From positions 9,362,001-9,426,000 of the forward strand of contig NW_027266276.1 in NCBI RefSeq assembly GCF_022045235.1: a stretch of DNA of 64,000 bases, written 5' to 3'. Each line of letters begins with the position of its first letter. Positions within the stretch are counted from its first letter, which is position 1. The notes beneath the pieces were generated by a model. That model did no database searches, was not told the origin of the DNA, and was given only the letters and a program-made list of their open reading frames with translations. The stretch is from Haliotis cracherodii. Lineage: Eukaryota. The translations under genes and the position numbers were made by a program. Shown one piece after another: positions 50,210 to 63,906 of this stretch.

Positions 50210-50342
50210 AGATCCCAATTGCGTGGATCGATGCTCCTGAAATCAATTACTGGATTGATTGGTCCAGACTCGATTCTTTACAGACCGCCGTCATATAGCT
50301 GTAATATTGCTGAGTGCGGTGTTAAACAACAAACCAAACCAA
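50210..50342 (+). mobile_element. Family C 3' fragment
   Basis: gatcccaattgcgtggatcgatgctc...gcggtgttaaacaacaaacc. Confidence 0.85.
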
Positions 50343-52443
50343 AAAAATCCGTAATAACAAAACACGACGTCGTTCGTGAATATATACTCATACAAAACAA
50401 ATACGATATGTATATTTAGATGGAAGAAATGCAAAATGTTCTTTTGATTTTTTTTATTATATTTAACATTTTTTTAAGTCTATGACGTTAAATAATTTAC
50501 ATAATGTCCAAATATTTTAAAAAGATTTGGCCAGGTGATTGGGAACTAAGTTAATTAACCAGTGTCATGTACATGTAACACCCGTGGTTAACTCGGTAAA
50601 GAGTTCACCCGAAACATGATCACCCATGTCATGTGATCACCCGTATCATATGATCATCTGTCATATGATCACCTTTGTCATGAGATCACCCTTACGTTGA
50701 AACTGAAAGAAGAATAAGATACGATTGTTGTAATTTGGGAATATCAATAGCAGCGCTTCAATAATTAAGCAGGAAATTTTCATGTAAACCTAATTTGAAA
50801 AATGTAGGTCAGGCTAAATGTACAACGTTGGCCTTCTCCCAACGAACATTGCTAATTAAACCGAAGGGACATCTATTATTTAAACGCCTGTATTGATCTT
50901 TTGAGGTGTATAAATCACTGCGACAGGAGTCCAAATATTGATGATTGTACAGCAATGAGAAAGATAAGACACACTGGTGATGCCCGCGATGTAAGTCATA
51001 GTTATCTAGATAGTCAATTAGAAGCTAATAATGTCAGTATATTTTTAATAAAACTACTAAGGTTATATATGGAAATATATGCCAAAAACTTCTCTCTATT
51101 ATCATAATAAATCCGTACAAACACCATAGTCGATTGTACGATTTCCACTTTCTTTTGAGCATGTGTTTAAAATTCACTATGAAATTGTGATAACTGCTGT
51201 TCCCGAAAAGCCGAATAGCTGCCCAGACACAAACACATGCAAAGGCGAGTCAAATGTTGACCTGGGAAAAAGACACATAGGATACAAGTTAAATAGGACA
51301 TCATGTGTAGCCATGGTCGGACCAACCATCGCTTTTAAGCCATGAAAACAAAGAACAGTTTGTCTCATATCTCTTCACAATCCCTTCACCTCGTTTATGA
51401 TCCTTGGACCGTCAGTATATTACTGATTCTGTTTGTACCAATAACGGCTAAAGGTTTTGATTTTTATCCCTTTGGCTTTTCGCCGCGGTGCCTCTATTTT
51501 AGCTGACATGTATTCATAACTCACTCATGAATGAAGACATATGTTGATTCAGACAGTAGAATCAGCGAGCTCCGGAATCAACAGATTATCCTGTCTCTAT
51601 CATTTTCCATAATGACCAACAGTTGCGTCAATTTAGCTTGTCTAAAGTACACGTTCAGAATGGCAACTGAATTCTTTTCTCAGAAAAGCAAAAGCAATAG
51701 CGTGACGTCATCGTAATGGTTTAAATTTAGAAAAAATAGAAATCAAAGGGCAATACATTATATAGGATTTGTTAACTTTATGCGAATATCATTGAAAAGG
51801 GCGTGTGGACTATATTTTAAAGGCCTCAATTTTCGACCACGAATTCCGTCAATGAATGGTCGGATTTGAACACTTTTAGGAGTATTTAATCAAGGTGATA
51901 ATTATGTGTTTTCGCATGGCGGATGTTATGGAGTATTCGACAGCCGGACATCATTCGTGACCAACTCGTGTTATTCCGGGACAAGTTACGGAAAGGGGCG
52001 AGTGGTGACGAATGAGCCGGATATGTAATGTAGAACTGACATCCAGGCATGTTTCAGTCACATAGTTATGATGCTTATTCTGATATTCATACAATTTGAC
52101 ATGTCTCCGAAACACACAACAAATACCTCTTTGTCTTCATATCCTTGAAACAAGCACAGATCACTCGTTGGTGACACTTGTCTCACAATATTAATTTTAT
52201 CGCAATCCGTCAAATTCACATTGACAGTTTTTACCAGTATGAAATGAACCTGACAGATCAACGGCTTTGTGCACTTCATGAAGGAAGCTGATAAGATTTG
52301 AACGGAACCTGGCATCTTAGCATAATGACAGGGTCGCTTTGACAAAAAACGATAATGTGTGTCAACGGAAAATTTATCGTATCTTCAGTTATCCGTTTCA
52401 CAAGGCGTCATTGTCTCCCCTGGGACGATATTAATGTAACTAA

Positions 52444-52606
52444 TGAGTGAGTGAGTGATGTTTTACGCCGCGTTTAGCAATATTCCAGCAATATCACGGA
52501 GGAGGTCCCCGGAATGGGCTTCACACAATTAACCCATGTCGGGAATCGAACCCGGGTCTTCGGCGTGACAAGCAAACGCTTTATCCACTAGGCTACCCGA
52601 CGCCCC
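52444..52606 (-). mobile_element. Family A SINE
   Basis: TSD ttaatgtaa(c/a)taatg. Confidence 0.9.
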
Positions 52607-53496
52607 TTAATGTAAATAATGGAGTACCTAGCGGTCATACGGTTTGGGCGCCAATTCTTAACGCCAGGTCAGGGGCAAGTCCGACTGAAGGAACCAAGAG
52701 CTTAAACGATCGTAATCGATAGGTTCGCTTTGAAGAAAACGGGTCCCACGATCACGTTCCACCACAAAGATAAAGGGTGTGTATACCGTGAACAAGGTAT
52801 GGAAATGAAGCGTCAAAACCCTTTCCACATCCCATAGAAACCTCTGAAGAAAGCATAGGCGATTGTACGATTCCGTCAACTTCATGATCAAGTGTTTACG
52901 AATCACTGTCAAATAGTGATGGTACCATTGTTCGCGAAAAGATTATCGTATCCTGCCCAACCGGTGGCACCCATCACAAACACATGCAAAGGCAAGTCAA
53001 TTGTTCACCTGAGAGAACAATGTGAACTGATTATCATCCATTATGTTGTTTTATTTCCAAACCCTACGTTTATCAAATATTCATGCTGAACATCTTTTAA
53101 TAAGGGATTTCAAACCTATATTTGCAATAGAATTGACATGAATGTAAATTTCCTATTTAAGATCGTGTCTAAACATTTCACCGAACAAATGCTACAACGT
53201 CCCATTGTTTTGCTGACACTGATATCAAAGAATGTTTGAGAACTCCGATACGCTGGAATCGATACTTATTAAATAATTACACATTACCTCGAGGTAACTG
53301 TGTCACTGGGTCAGTGTTTAAATGATGGTGCGAGGTTGAATCCTTCATCCTTTATCCGTTAAACAGGACATGACAGAAGGGATCGTTTTCACCACGACCT
53401 TCTCTGGGGGAATAATCGTTTTTTATTCTCTCACACACTTTCTCGTTCATCTACAGATTCTAATAATCTAAATTAACAGAGCTTCCATTTTATTTC

Positions 53497-53545
53497 TGTG
53501 TGTGTGTGTGTGTGTGTGTGTGCGTGCGTGCGTGCGTGTGTGTGC
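53497..53545. repeat. (TG)/(TGCG) microsatellite
   Basis: Directly visible. Confidence 0.95.
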
Positions 53546-53986
53546 GGAGGTAAGGTACGTGAACACTTTATTTGCACTGGTGAAACAAAAACAGTTTGTT
53601 CAGAGGTAAAATACCGAAACCTAAAACTGTTGTTATCGTAGTGAAAATGAAGTTTGTTTGAAGGTACTCGGTGAATGAAATGCTTTAACACAGCTTGGAA
53701 TACAATAGATTATTCTTATCCAACTAGAACAAGAAAAAGGTGTTTTAAAAAGGTATTTTTTTAGTACATTGCCCCTGATAAAACTCGTTTAACCATTAAG
53801 AGACAAGATTTCAGAGACCTCAAGGATCGGGATATCCAAAATAACAGTCTTGGTCTATTCCAGTCATTACGTGGACACTGTCCCCAGATTGTGGTATGGG
53901 AAACAAGTGTCCTACCTTTGGTAAATATGCAGAATTGTTATAAAGGCTTCACGACACATCAGCATGTGCTTGTGCATACAAAAGTC

Positions 53987-54499
53987 CATCTTCCCGAGGC
54001 AAGAGAGTTAACTGACTTTAAAAGTCCAGTTTCCACCCTTGCCGAACAAAGCTGGAATTCCTGGGCTCTATCGTAGCGCCACCAGTGGCTATTACGAGTT
54101 ATGTCCCTTCTAAGCCTCTCCTATGGACCAATCAGATTCCACCTCTCGTATCACTTGCATTTGCTTCAAACAAAACAGTGGCTCCCAGACGATCTGATGG
54201 ATAATCAAGATCTATATTGTGATGAAGCGGTACTTACATCGCGAAATGCTTCAAATCACGTGAGCACCTTGATTAATAACATGAACAGATTTGGAAAATA
54301 TCTGTTGAAAACGAGTTGGCGGTGCACATGCTTTGCAAATCCTGCAATCGACCGAAATCTGCACTGCAGTTTACGCGATTTTGATTGGACTATGCATAGA
54401 CTCGTTAGTCCAGCCAAAATGTAACAAAATACCAGCCTAGTTCGGCAAGGGTGGAAACTGGAATTTTATAGTCAGTTAACTCTATTGCCTCGGGAATAT
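53987..54499. mobile_element. MITE (~510 bp) with long TIRs, copy 2
   Basis: Same TIRs and interior as 17281-17829. Confidence 0.92.
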
Positions 54500-55071
54500 T
54501 ACAAAAGTCCCACAATGAAGAAGTTAGGTTCCAAGTCTGACAGAATAGTATGGAACTGGTGGTAAAGCTTACCAAACCTGACACTTACTGCGGCCAAACT
54601 CACAACAAGAACGGTAGAGTAACATTGATTCATGCATCGGAGATGGCGACGTGTGTCATTATCTAGTATACTGTACAGCAGACTGGCAGTTAGCGGAATG
54701 CTGGCCACGAAACTAAAAAGGGCATTGACAACAACATTCATTGCATGTGGATGAAGTGCGTGTCTAAATGTGTCCATAATTGAAGTCCTGTGAACATAGC
54801 TGAAGCCTTGGTTAATGTGTTAAAACGTTCAGAAATTGCACCTTTCTTACATGATCGACGAGGAATTGGTCATAATGTCTTGTGCCATTTAGGTTTGTAA
54901 TATCAGCAATCTCCATACACTTATGGAATATTCTTGTCCCTGGACCCAGAATATTTGTACTAGACAGAATGGTTATTTGTGAAACTTGAAAACGTATAAA
55001 AAAATACATATACGTATATCTGTAACAAGCCCCGGACTGACTCACAAAAAAGTAATTTGTCCAGAGAACGA

Positions 55072-55297
55072 TAAGATCTTGGTGAGCATTGGTCTTCCGC
55101 AACCTATGCTTGTCGTAAGAGGTTGGGGTCGTCAGACTCGCTGACTTTGTTGATGCATGTCATCGTGTCCCAATTGCGTAGATCTAGGCTCATGACGTCA
55201 CTCACTGGATTGTCTGGTCCATACTAGATTAATTACACATTGCCGTCATATAACTGGAATATTCCTGAGTGCAGCGTTAAAAAAAAGCACACAAACA
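55072..55297 (+). mobile_element. Family C element, diverged
   Basis: ggtcttccgcaacctatgcttgtcgtaagagg...gcagcgttaaa. Confidence 0.8.
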
Positions 55298-55769
55298 ATA
55301 TATCCAGTGAACGATTCATTTTGTATTTTGTCTTGGGTTGGGGGTTGGAAGTGGTGGTTAGACTCTAAGGGCAAGTTCTTTTTCCAGTACTTCCCATCAG
55401 AAAGACATTGTACGACACATGTTAATGTTGTTGTTCTTGTACGATATTTATATGTATCTTTCATTTTGTGTGGGACATGATTGCTTTTCGATGTCTATCC
55501 CTAAAGGCATTCCAGTTTACATTTCCGTAGCCATAACCTCACATTGCATCTTTTAAATAGTCTCGGGAGGCTGAACACATTGAGCTCATTGCTTAAGGCT
55601 CGTATTTGTTAAACTTTAGCTTACTTTATTGTCCGACTGGGATGTCCTGGTCAATGATGCTGACATAGATTGAAGTACATGATACAACGGGGACTAGGTG
55701 ATGTCTTCTGTTCCCTTTTAACAACAAATCTCCTGCCTAAAGATTAATTTCAGTTGAAGTCTTCAGTTT

Positions 55770-56210
55770 GCGCCGTGTACAATGTCCCCCAGGGTGTATG
55801 GTCTCGGTGAACGATTACAAGTGGTCCGTAGGTGCCATCTCCCGTACCCTTGTTTGTAAGCTGAACAAACGTCGACGATTTCACTCCAGCAACACAGCGT
55901 TTTAACAGTGTTTGAAAATTAGTGGATTTTGAATTGCAGCCTTTTAATTTTGTCTTCTGATACATGCTTTCAAACCTTTCGAGAATTATCAGACGCCCCG
56001 TCAATCTGTGAGATGAGAGGTTTTCAAAGAGATCATGATATTGCCCTAACAGCGAGACCTACTAGTCGGAGTAAGGAGCTTTAGCAAATAAAATATCGCG
56101 AGATTTGAAACCGGAAATTAGAGTCGACTGGGTATTGCCTGCAGGCACAATAAAGCTGATGCACTTAATTCTCTGTGTGATTCTTTACGAGAAACCTTTA
56201 CATTTTTTGC
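55770..56210 (-). mobile_element. Possible highly decayed PIF/Harbinger transposase remnant
   Basis: QTLLKRCVAGVKSSTFVQLTNKG...YGP resembles R..VERC.G.LKSRF.CL...G...Y.P; upstream GQYHD resembles GSTHD. Weak. Confidence 0.25.
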
Positions 56211-56863
56211 CAACCTCACTCTGAAAAATCAATCTGCTCTTTCAAAAAGATATTTTTTTGTGTTTTTCGATGTAGGTTGTTTCTGCTATGTCACCAATGA
56301 TTCCGTTATACGTGTGTATATGGCGAAGGTACTGATGCCTTTGCTTCGGTTAATTTAAACTTTCACTTTATACACATGACAAGAGTTGTGTTTGACACAG
56401 CAAGCCAGGCTAAATTCCTTGGGGTATTTTAGCTTAACTCAAGTTTAGAAAGCAAATATATTGAATGGTGCAGCTTGCCGATGTCTCTGAACAGCTCCTT
56501 TTACCTGCCATGGAAGAGGAGGATCGGTCTGAATGAATAATTATTACTTATACTGGGTTGTGATCGAAAACAACCCTATACAATGAATGCTGTTTCTGAC
56601 TTATCTGTCCCGCGGAAACTCCGGATCAAGTTATCAAGTACCTTTTACTTAATAAGTTAAGGAAAGAGTCAGTTGGTCAGGGTCTGTGTCTTGACTCATC
56701 GTATCCTGATGGCGTGGAGCGTTGCTCATGGCTTCACTCACCGGTTTACCAAATCAAAAGTCAATTAGTTGCCGGTCGTTGTTACGGAATATTGCTGACT
56801 GCAGGATGACAGTATTAACTCACTGATTCATCAACGCACAACCGGGATGCTTCTGGTGCCTTC

Positions 56864-57420
56864 TTGTCAGTACAGTTAAAAATTAAGAAACATGTTTTTT
56901 GTGTATTCGTGGTTATAGGTTTATGTAACCATCATTGGCGTTGGAATCAATGTTACTCTTTTGTAGAAAAAAAACTATTTTCTGATGAAATGACAACGTT
57001 GTACGACAAAAGGGGTGATTTTGATTGTCAGTACAGTTAAAAATTTAAAAAAAACATGTTTTTGTGTATTCGTGGTTATATGTTTGTAACCATCATTGGC
57101 GTTAGAATTAATGTTACTCTTTTGGAAAAAAAAAAACCTATTTACGAATGAAATGACAAGGTTGTACGACAAAAGGGGTGATTTCGATTTTCCAATCTTG
57201 ACTTTCCCCTTCATGTCGAGCAATATTCATCCGCACCAGCTTCCTACCTCGACAGTTTTCAATTGGTTTGATACACTACCCTATGTCCAATGAATTCAAA
57301 TTAAACGAAAAGAGACGGTTTGTTTACAACTAACTTTATTGAGAGTGATTTCACCAACTTGACTTGGTATTTTATGACAAACATTTAGAGGAAGTTATTA
57401 AATATTCTACGTTGCTTTTC
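56864..57420 (+). mobile_element. Penelope-like RT fragment with a 161-bp internal tandem duplication
   Basis: TRLYDKRGDFDFPILTFPFMSSNI is the characteristic Penelope-type LYDKRDDF.F.I.NFPF..SNIP motif; duplicated units start at 56864 and 57025. Confidence 0.82.
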
Positions 57421-57444
57421 GGGAACACTCTGTGTCACCACTTA

Positions 57445-57618
57445 AGCGACTATGCTTGTCGTAAGAGGCGACTATAGACTCGCTGACTTTGTTGATGACA
57501 TCGTATCCCAGCTGCGTGCATCGATGTTCATGATGTCAGTCTGGTTCAGACTTGGTTATTACAGACCGCCGTCATATAGCTGGAATATTGCTGAGTGCGG
57601 CGTTAGACCAAAACAAAA
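57445..57618 (+). mobile_element. Family C element, partial
   Basis: gcgactatgcttgtcgtaagaggcgacta...gctgagtgcggcgtta. Confidence 0.85.
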
Positions 57619-57790
57619 TCTTATTTACAGCGATATGCTTCCTTGTACTTGCCTAATCACATCACTAATTGGCCTTTCCCGCCCTATGGAATCTGTTCCA
57701 GCATAAATTCCAGGCTTAATATTCTCTGGCGTTGACGTTTTCAAATGTCATGTTCAACCATTTGGCACAACTTCATGATATTCAGAACTA

Positions 57791-57963
57791 CAGTAAACTA
57801 CTTTTATAACGAACACTCTTATAACGAAGTGATGGATATAACGAAATGTCTTTTGATCTCGTCCATTTGCTGTATAAATGCTTATATATGCTTATAATGA
57901 ACTACGGTTATAACGTACTATAATCACTGGTCTCTTTGAGTTTGTTTTAACCGTAGTTTACTG
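57791..57963. mobile_element. Tc1/mariner (pogo-like) MITE, TA TSD
   Basis: TA|cagtaaactac...gtagtttactg|TA. Confidence 0.88.
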
Positions 57964-58749
57964 TAATTACACGTGGATGTCTTCAAACAGTTCTCACAAA
58001 TCATGTATTCACACATACTGCAGGCAACGTGTGTTGATGGAGTGCACAAGCAGTCAGGGAGCGATGGTGACAGTATCGATCCAATGTCTGGAAGGAACAC
58101 CACCTAAATAAAACTTGCGTGACAGTGCCGATCACCTATTCTGTGTATGCACCCGATTTCGTAACGAGAAACAGCCCACTGCAGAATGAATTGCGTCTGA
58201 ATTTCTACAATGTGCTTGTTGGCTGTGGTTTGCCAATAATGTCATGGACACCATTTGCCAACAAAACACATGATTCCACATTGCAAGTTAATATCCGTAG
58301 ATGATTTTCCATCCTGTATTACTTGAACCTGTATTGTTCCACCGTGTGGCCAGGATGAATAACAACAATACTATTTGTGAAGTATTCCGAAGTTGTTTAT
58401 GATATAATAATGTTATTGCTATTGCATGCTTTGGGGGCATGTCGGCTTAATATGGAAGGCGTTTTTTGACTGTTTTTTTGACGTTAGCGACTTTGGTGAA
58501 ACCTACGAACACTGGTATGGTGCAACTCCATCAGAGCGAAACTGGGATTCGATCGAACGATCATGAGCTGAACGACTTTCTGTGACTCTTGGTTTACCTC
58601 TCACACACTGCTCACACTGACTGAATAAGTTTTTACAACACCGTGAAATCTATCATATTCACTGATGCCCCTTTTTGCGTATTTTTTATTTGCGTTTCAA
58701 ACTTTTTCTTCAAAACAGCTTTGATTGTCATCCCCTTTGAAAACAATCA

Positions 58750-59095
58750 GACCGCCTCCGTGGTAGACCGTTCGCCTGGGGAGCGGAAGGTCCGGGGTTC
58801 GATCCCCGGCCTAGTCCTACCAAAATACTTTTAATGATGGTACTTGTTGTTACCCTGCCTGACGCTCGGCATTATGGGGCTAAAACAAGAACTGGTGGGC
58901 TCGGAGTCAGAAAACTGTGTCTGAGTGGGGTATTCATGTTAAACTGCGGCTTGGTATATCAGTGGGCTAGCACTATAAGTCGGCATCAGTCCGGACTAGT
59001 ACAAGCAGCCACACACACACACGTACATGCACGTCGCTATATAAGTGCAATAATCTTGGACGCGACGTTAAACCCCATTTCACCCCACCTAACCT
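58750..59095 (+). mobile_element. Family D SINE, full length
   Basis: B box ggttcgatccc; core atggtacttgttgttaccctgcctgacgctcggcatta; closely similar to 10001-10325. Confidence 0.9.
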
Positions 59096-59174
59096 TAAAC
59101 ACAATCCGAATCTGGACATTCTTTTGTGATGTGTATTAATATACTAGGGATGCGGTCGCTTTCCCTGATCACCA

Positions 59175-59442
59175 GGGGGAACGGGTGGCCCAGTCGTCTA
59201 AGGCGCCGCGATTCGCTGTGCAGAGTTCTCTTAGAAACGTCAGAAACCTATGGCTGTGGGTTCGAATCCCGGTTCTCCCCGATTATGTTTCTAGGTCTGT
59301 CAGCACCATACCCGTGCTCGTGGGTTTCACCGAAGTGGTAAACGTCTGAGACCTGCATCACTTCGGGCTTTCCTCCCATATTAAGCTGACACGCCGTGAT
59401 ATAACTGGAATACTGTTACAAGCGGCGTTAAACCCAACTCTC
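59175..59442 (+). mobile_element. Family B SINE, variant subfamily
   Basis: gagttctcttagaaacgtcag variant. Confidence 0.93.
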
Positions 59443-59795
59443 AAAGAACCGCCCTTGATTTCCATAGGTTTGTGGATACCTATTCAACCTGGACTCACTA
59501 GGGGGTCTGATCACTTCTACATTTCAGATAATGACAACGGGTACTTGTGATCACACACATATATCATGTGCGGGTTATTACTCCCAAGTGAAATCAATAC
59601 TAAAAGTATCACTGTAAAATCTTTCCGCGTTGAGCTCTAATGTCACCAGAAACAATTAGGCGTACGTCCATTATCGCTCAGAAGATGGTTTGTAAATATG
59701 TAATGATATACTGTACTTCTGATAACGCTTTTGTTCAAAAATAATTGATGAGTTCATTTTTATGTACAGAGATTACAGATGGTCAAATATTGGGA

Positions 59796-59946
59796 AGTAA
59801 GTAAGTGAGTATGGTTTTACGCCGCTTTTAGCAATATTCCAGCAATATCACGACGAGGGCTTCACACATTGTACCCATATTGGAATCGAACCCAGGTCAT
59901 CGGCGTAACGGGCGAACGCTTTAACCGCTAGGCTACCCCATTGTCC
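59796..59946 (-). mobile_element. Family A SINE
   Basis: Reverse complement, small internal deletion. Confidence 0.88.
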
Positions 59947-60359
59947 TCTATTAGAAAGGTGACTGTGCAAAGCTGCTTCAATGGCTGCTAGAATCAGATG
60001 GTCTTAGAATGCTGTGTGACACGTAATTCCTATCATTATCAATGTAACGACCATCAACCAGTGTTTTAGCGAAACTCAATTACCGAGCATTTACTGATAT
60101 TGGTTTGTACTGACCACAAGTCATGAATATTTTTGGCATGGCGCGTGAAGCTTGAATTCCCACTAATTCCCTGTAGGTCGACCTGTCTTTGTTTTTAACA
60201 CGTTTATGACACTTATGAATATTATTGCTATGCAAAAGTGTGGATGGCAAATTGCTTTTGAATATAATTGTCATTTATACAAGACGTGCGCTATCGTATG
60301 ACAGGAGTGTGGCTGGGTGCGGCGTTAGGCAACCAACTAACGCCTTCTTTATGAAAGTT

Positions 60360-60584
60360 AGTTTGTTTATTTGTTGTAATATTCCAGCTATATAACGGTC
60401 CATAAATAATTGAATCTGGACCAAACAGTCCATTGATTGACATCACAAGCATCGATCAGCACAATTGGTACACGATGACACGCATCAACCAAGTCAGCGA
60501 GGCTGACCACCTGATCCCGTTTGTCGCCTCTTACGACAAGCATGGGTTGCTGAAGTCATATTTTACCCCGGATCTTCACGGGTC
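60360..60584 (-). mobile_element. Family C element (single-hairpin form)
   Basis: Ends cccggatcttcacgggt. Confidence 0.88.
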
Positions 60585-60775
60585 TGTCTCTGTTATATAG
60601 TGGCCTATACAAAGTAGCCCTGAAAGAAACTCATCTTCTTACCAAGCCGACGGGATCTTGGACTGGACGCTCATAACTTACAATAATGGACAGACCGTCA
60701 ATATTTCCAACGTTGCTTCTAATGTCATGTTTTCATGTCATTGTTCAGGCGGTTGATCCGTAATCTAAATCTATA

Positions 60776-61058
60776 GGGGCACGAGTGGCCCAGTCGTCTA
60801 AGGCGCCGCAATTCGATGTGAAGAGTTGCGTCCCTTGGGCACGCCAGAATCCTATGATTATAGGTTCGAATTTTTTTCCGAATAGGTTTTGCCCCGATTA
60901 TGGTTCTCTGTCCTCTACACCTGACCCGCTTTCATGGGTTTCAGTAAAGTGGTAAAGGTCATATACCTGCATCAATTCGGGCGTCCATTCCACATTTTGC
61001 CGACAAGCTGTGACATAACAGGAATTCTGTACAAGCGGCGTTAAACTCAACTCACTCA
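60776..61058 (+). mobile_element. Family B SINE, diverged 3' half
   Basis: ggggcacgagtggcccagtcgtctaaggcgccg...gcggcgttaaactcaactcactc. Confidence 0.85.
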
Positions 61059-61699
61059 AAACATAAGCATAGAGTTACATGTACCCTAAGATTCATCTTA
61101 GTCTGATTAGATTCCCAGAATGAAGTCAGAAAAATAACATTTCGTCACAAGGCGCCATTTGTTACGTTTTACTGTGATGACTTAGACATACAGAACTTAG
61201 GCTTTCACACCAATGGTGATTGACATATTTGACAGAAATACTTAAAATGGCGATATTCTTCAAAGGACATATTTTGATATATTTGAATTAACTGAACTTA
61301 AAATTCGTTCCATTGTGATTTTAGTACAGCTATTTTCAGAATTAAATAAATTGGCACGGGGACTTAAAACCACATGGTAATCCCAAAGCAAATTCCTGTA
61401 GAAAATTCTTCCCAATCCCATATTCTCCTGAGTAATGAAATGGTTTAAGCTGTAAGCGAATAAAAATTCATATTTCCTGTGAAAACTATTCAATGATAAT
61501 CAGAGACGCAAATGCACAATATTTTACCCTAAGTCTCCTTTCCTTGGCGTCTCGCTGGAGTTTTTTGGCCCAGATCAATACGGTACGAAAGGCCCGCGGT
61601 CGAAAGCATTCTTACTTAATAGTATTTCTCTTGTGCAGTAATTTAATTAGATTGAAAGCACACTGCGGTTCCAATGAGAGATTTCTTCAAGACACCATG

Positions 61700-61950
61700 C
61701 TCCATTTGGCCATGTGGAAAATGGGGGATTGCAGACTCTTCTGATTGTATGCGGATGACCTGCTAACCTACTTTCACTTATCCAGCTTTGTGGACAGTGT
61801 AGGGTGGCGTAGATTCTTCAGATCGGTCTCACCATTGGTACTGAACATAATCAATGTATGCATAGATGAGGATGACTTTTAAATATATGTTACAGTAGGA
61901 TCGTCATCCAATTCAGTGATCACTTTGTAACCAAATACCAATTCCTTCTA
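61700..61950 (+). mobile_element. Possible LINE RT remnant
   Basis: ttgtatgcggatgacctg = LYADDL, with FKY-like motif downstream; stops present. Confidence 0.45.
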
Positions 61951-61957
61951 ACTTAAG

Positions 61958-62595
61958 TGAAAGAGAGGGAGGGGGTAGGGTAGGGGAGATAAAGAGAACT
62001 AGACAATGGGAGAAACAGAGAGAGGGGAGAGAGACATGAGGCAAAGAGAGAAAGTGAGAGAAGGGCTCTAAGAAAGAAAGAAGGGGAAACAGAGTTAGAG
62101 AGAGAGGAGGGGGGATGTCGGGGAGAGAGAGAAGATTAAGAGGGATGGACAGTGAGAAAAACAAAGAGAGGGACATGAGACAATGAGAGAAACAGAGAGA
62201 GGGAGAGGGAGACATGAGACAACGAGAGTAAGTGAGAGAAGGGTTCTAAGAAAGAAAGTAGGGGAAGGAGAGAGTTAGAGAGAGAGAGGGGGGGATGTCG
62301 GGGAGGGAGAGAAGATTAAGAGGGATAGACAGTGAGAAAAACAGAGAGAGGGACATGAGACAATGAGAGAAACAGAGAGAGGGAGACATGAGACAACGAG
62401 AGTAAGTGAGAGAAGGGCTCTGAAAGAGAAAGTAGGGGAAACAGATAGAGAGAAAGATATACATAGAGAGAGGGAGGATGGAGGGAGATAGAAGAAAAAG
62501 AAGGATAGACAATAAGAGAAACAGAAACAGAGGGAGAGAGAGACATGAGATAATTAGAGAGAGAGAGAGAGAGAGATAGAAGGAGAGAGAGAGAT
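61958..62595. repeat. Purine-rich (GA) compound repeat with ~180-bp period
   Basis: ggggggatgtcggga..gagagaagattaagaggga..gacagtgagaaaaac recurring. Confidence 0.9.
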
Positions 62596-63749
62596 TAATA
62601 CAATGCATTCTTGTGATTTTCAAAAAAGATTGTTCTGCCTACAAAAGAACGGGTATGGATCACTAATGCTTCCTTAGAGATTGTTTTTTGTACAGAAGAG
62701 GACTCACATCTGACAATGGTCAATCCGGCTCTATTGTGTGCGAACAGAACCTATAACAGAAAGTGCAGAGCAGATCTATATATGGAAATGCCGTTAATGA
62801 GACAGGATAACACTGCCGCTGCCGATGTGACCATGTTGGTGCCACAGATTCGGTTATCAAGCATGATAGTCTTGCATAGTCACGTCTGAAGAACCCCCGA
62901 GATGAACCCGGGATGACAGACTTCCAGACGTGCCACTTTTCAGACTTTTTATTCGATGGAAGCGTGACATCAAGAGGCACGACAAGCCAAGCGAAGGCCA
63001 GCGATATTTTTCTTGACTTTTCGTCACCTTCAGCGAGTCCACCTCTTTGGATTCAGAACATTAACGTCGTCCTCTCATGAACCTTTGAGCATTTGAATAA
63101 TGTCTTAGTGACCGAGCGTTGCGATATCTTGCATGTTATGGTTGTACTCTCGGGGTAATAATATTCACGGTTGAAAATAGCGTCTTGCAACTGAAAAATG
63201 AAGCTCATGTAAATTGGCAGTCTTACAAGATTGATTCACCACAAAAGCTTGATTGAAGTCTCAAAGTTTGCATACCTGCCCACTCAACTTCAAACAACTG
63301 TTACTCTGTCTCGTAAGTAACCACAGCCCAGGTGCACAGGAGGTACTAATGGCAATGTCTAGACGTCCACTCGTATTGGACAGAGACGAATACAGCCGTC
63401 CAGCTTCTGTTAAATACACTAAGGACAGGCGTTAGGTGCCATTAGACACGGTTGTATAGCAAAATGGTTTAACGAAGGCTAGTTAGGCTGAAGACACGGG
63501 TTCGATTCCCAGCATTGTCAGATTCGGAGAATACTCATACAGCCGCTCCTCCTCCCTCTATGGAGACACCTGGTCAGAGTTGGTGGCAGGCTGGTCGGGG
63601 TTAGCGTAAGTGCGGTCCAAAGAGCATCGAGTGTCTTTGGTGGAGAAGGTTGAATGAGCCATTGTTCCCGACGGCGTGAGACGTTTCTTATGCTTTTAGA
63701 CCTTGGTACGTCTGGGACGCTTTGGTGGTGATCCGGACTACTAGATATA

Positions 63750-63906
63750 CAGTAAACTACGGTTATACCGAACTCAAATTTCAGTTCGTTTTAACCGTAT
63801 TATCAGCATATATACAGGATATATACAGCAAATGCCCAGGGAAGAAAACAGAACGTTATATCCGTCAGTTCGTTATAAACGTGTTCGTTATAAACGTATT
63901 TTACTG
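63750..63906. mobile_element. Tc1/mariner (pogo-like) MITE, TA TSD
   Basis: TA|cagtaaactacggttataccgaac...gttcgttataaacgtattttactg|TA. Confidence 0.88.

Noticed and set aside
61913-62623. Hydrophobic Leu/Ser-rich ORFs
   Set aside because: Translations of the (CT)-rich strand of the GA compound repeat.
62720-63720. GC-richer, coding-like patches on the minus strand
   Set aside because: Interrupted by stops, with no recognisable family or convincing splice structure.
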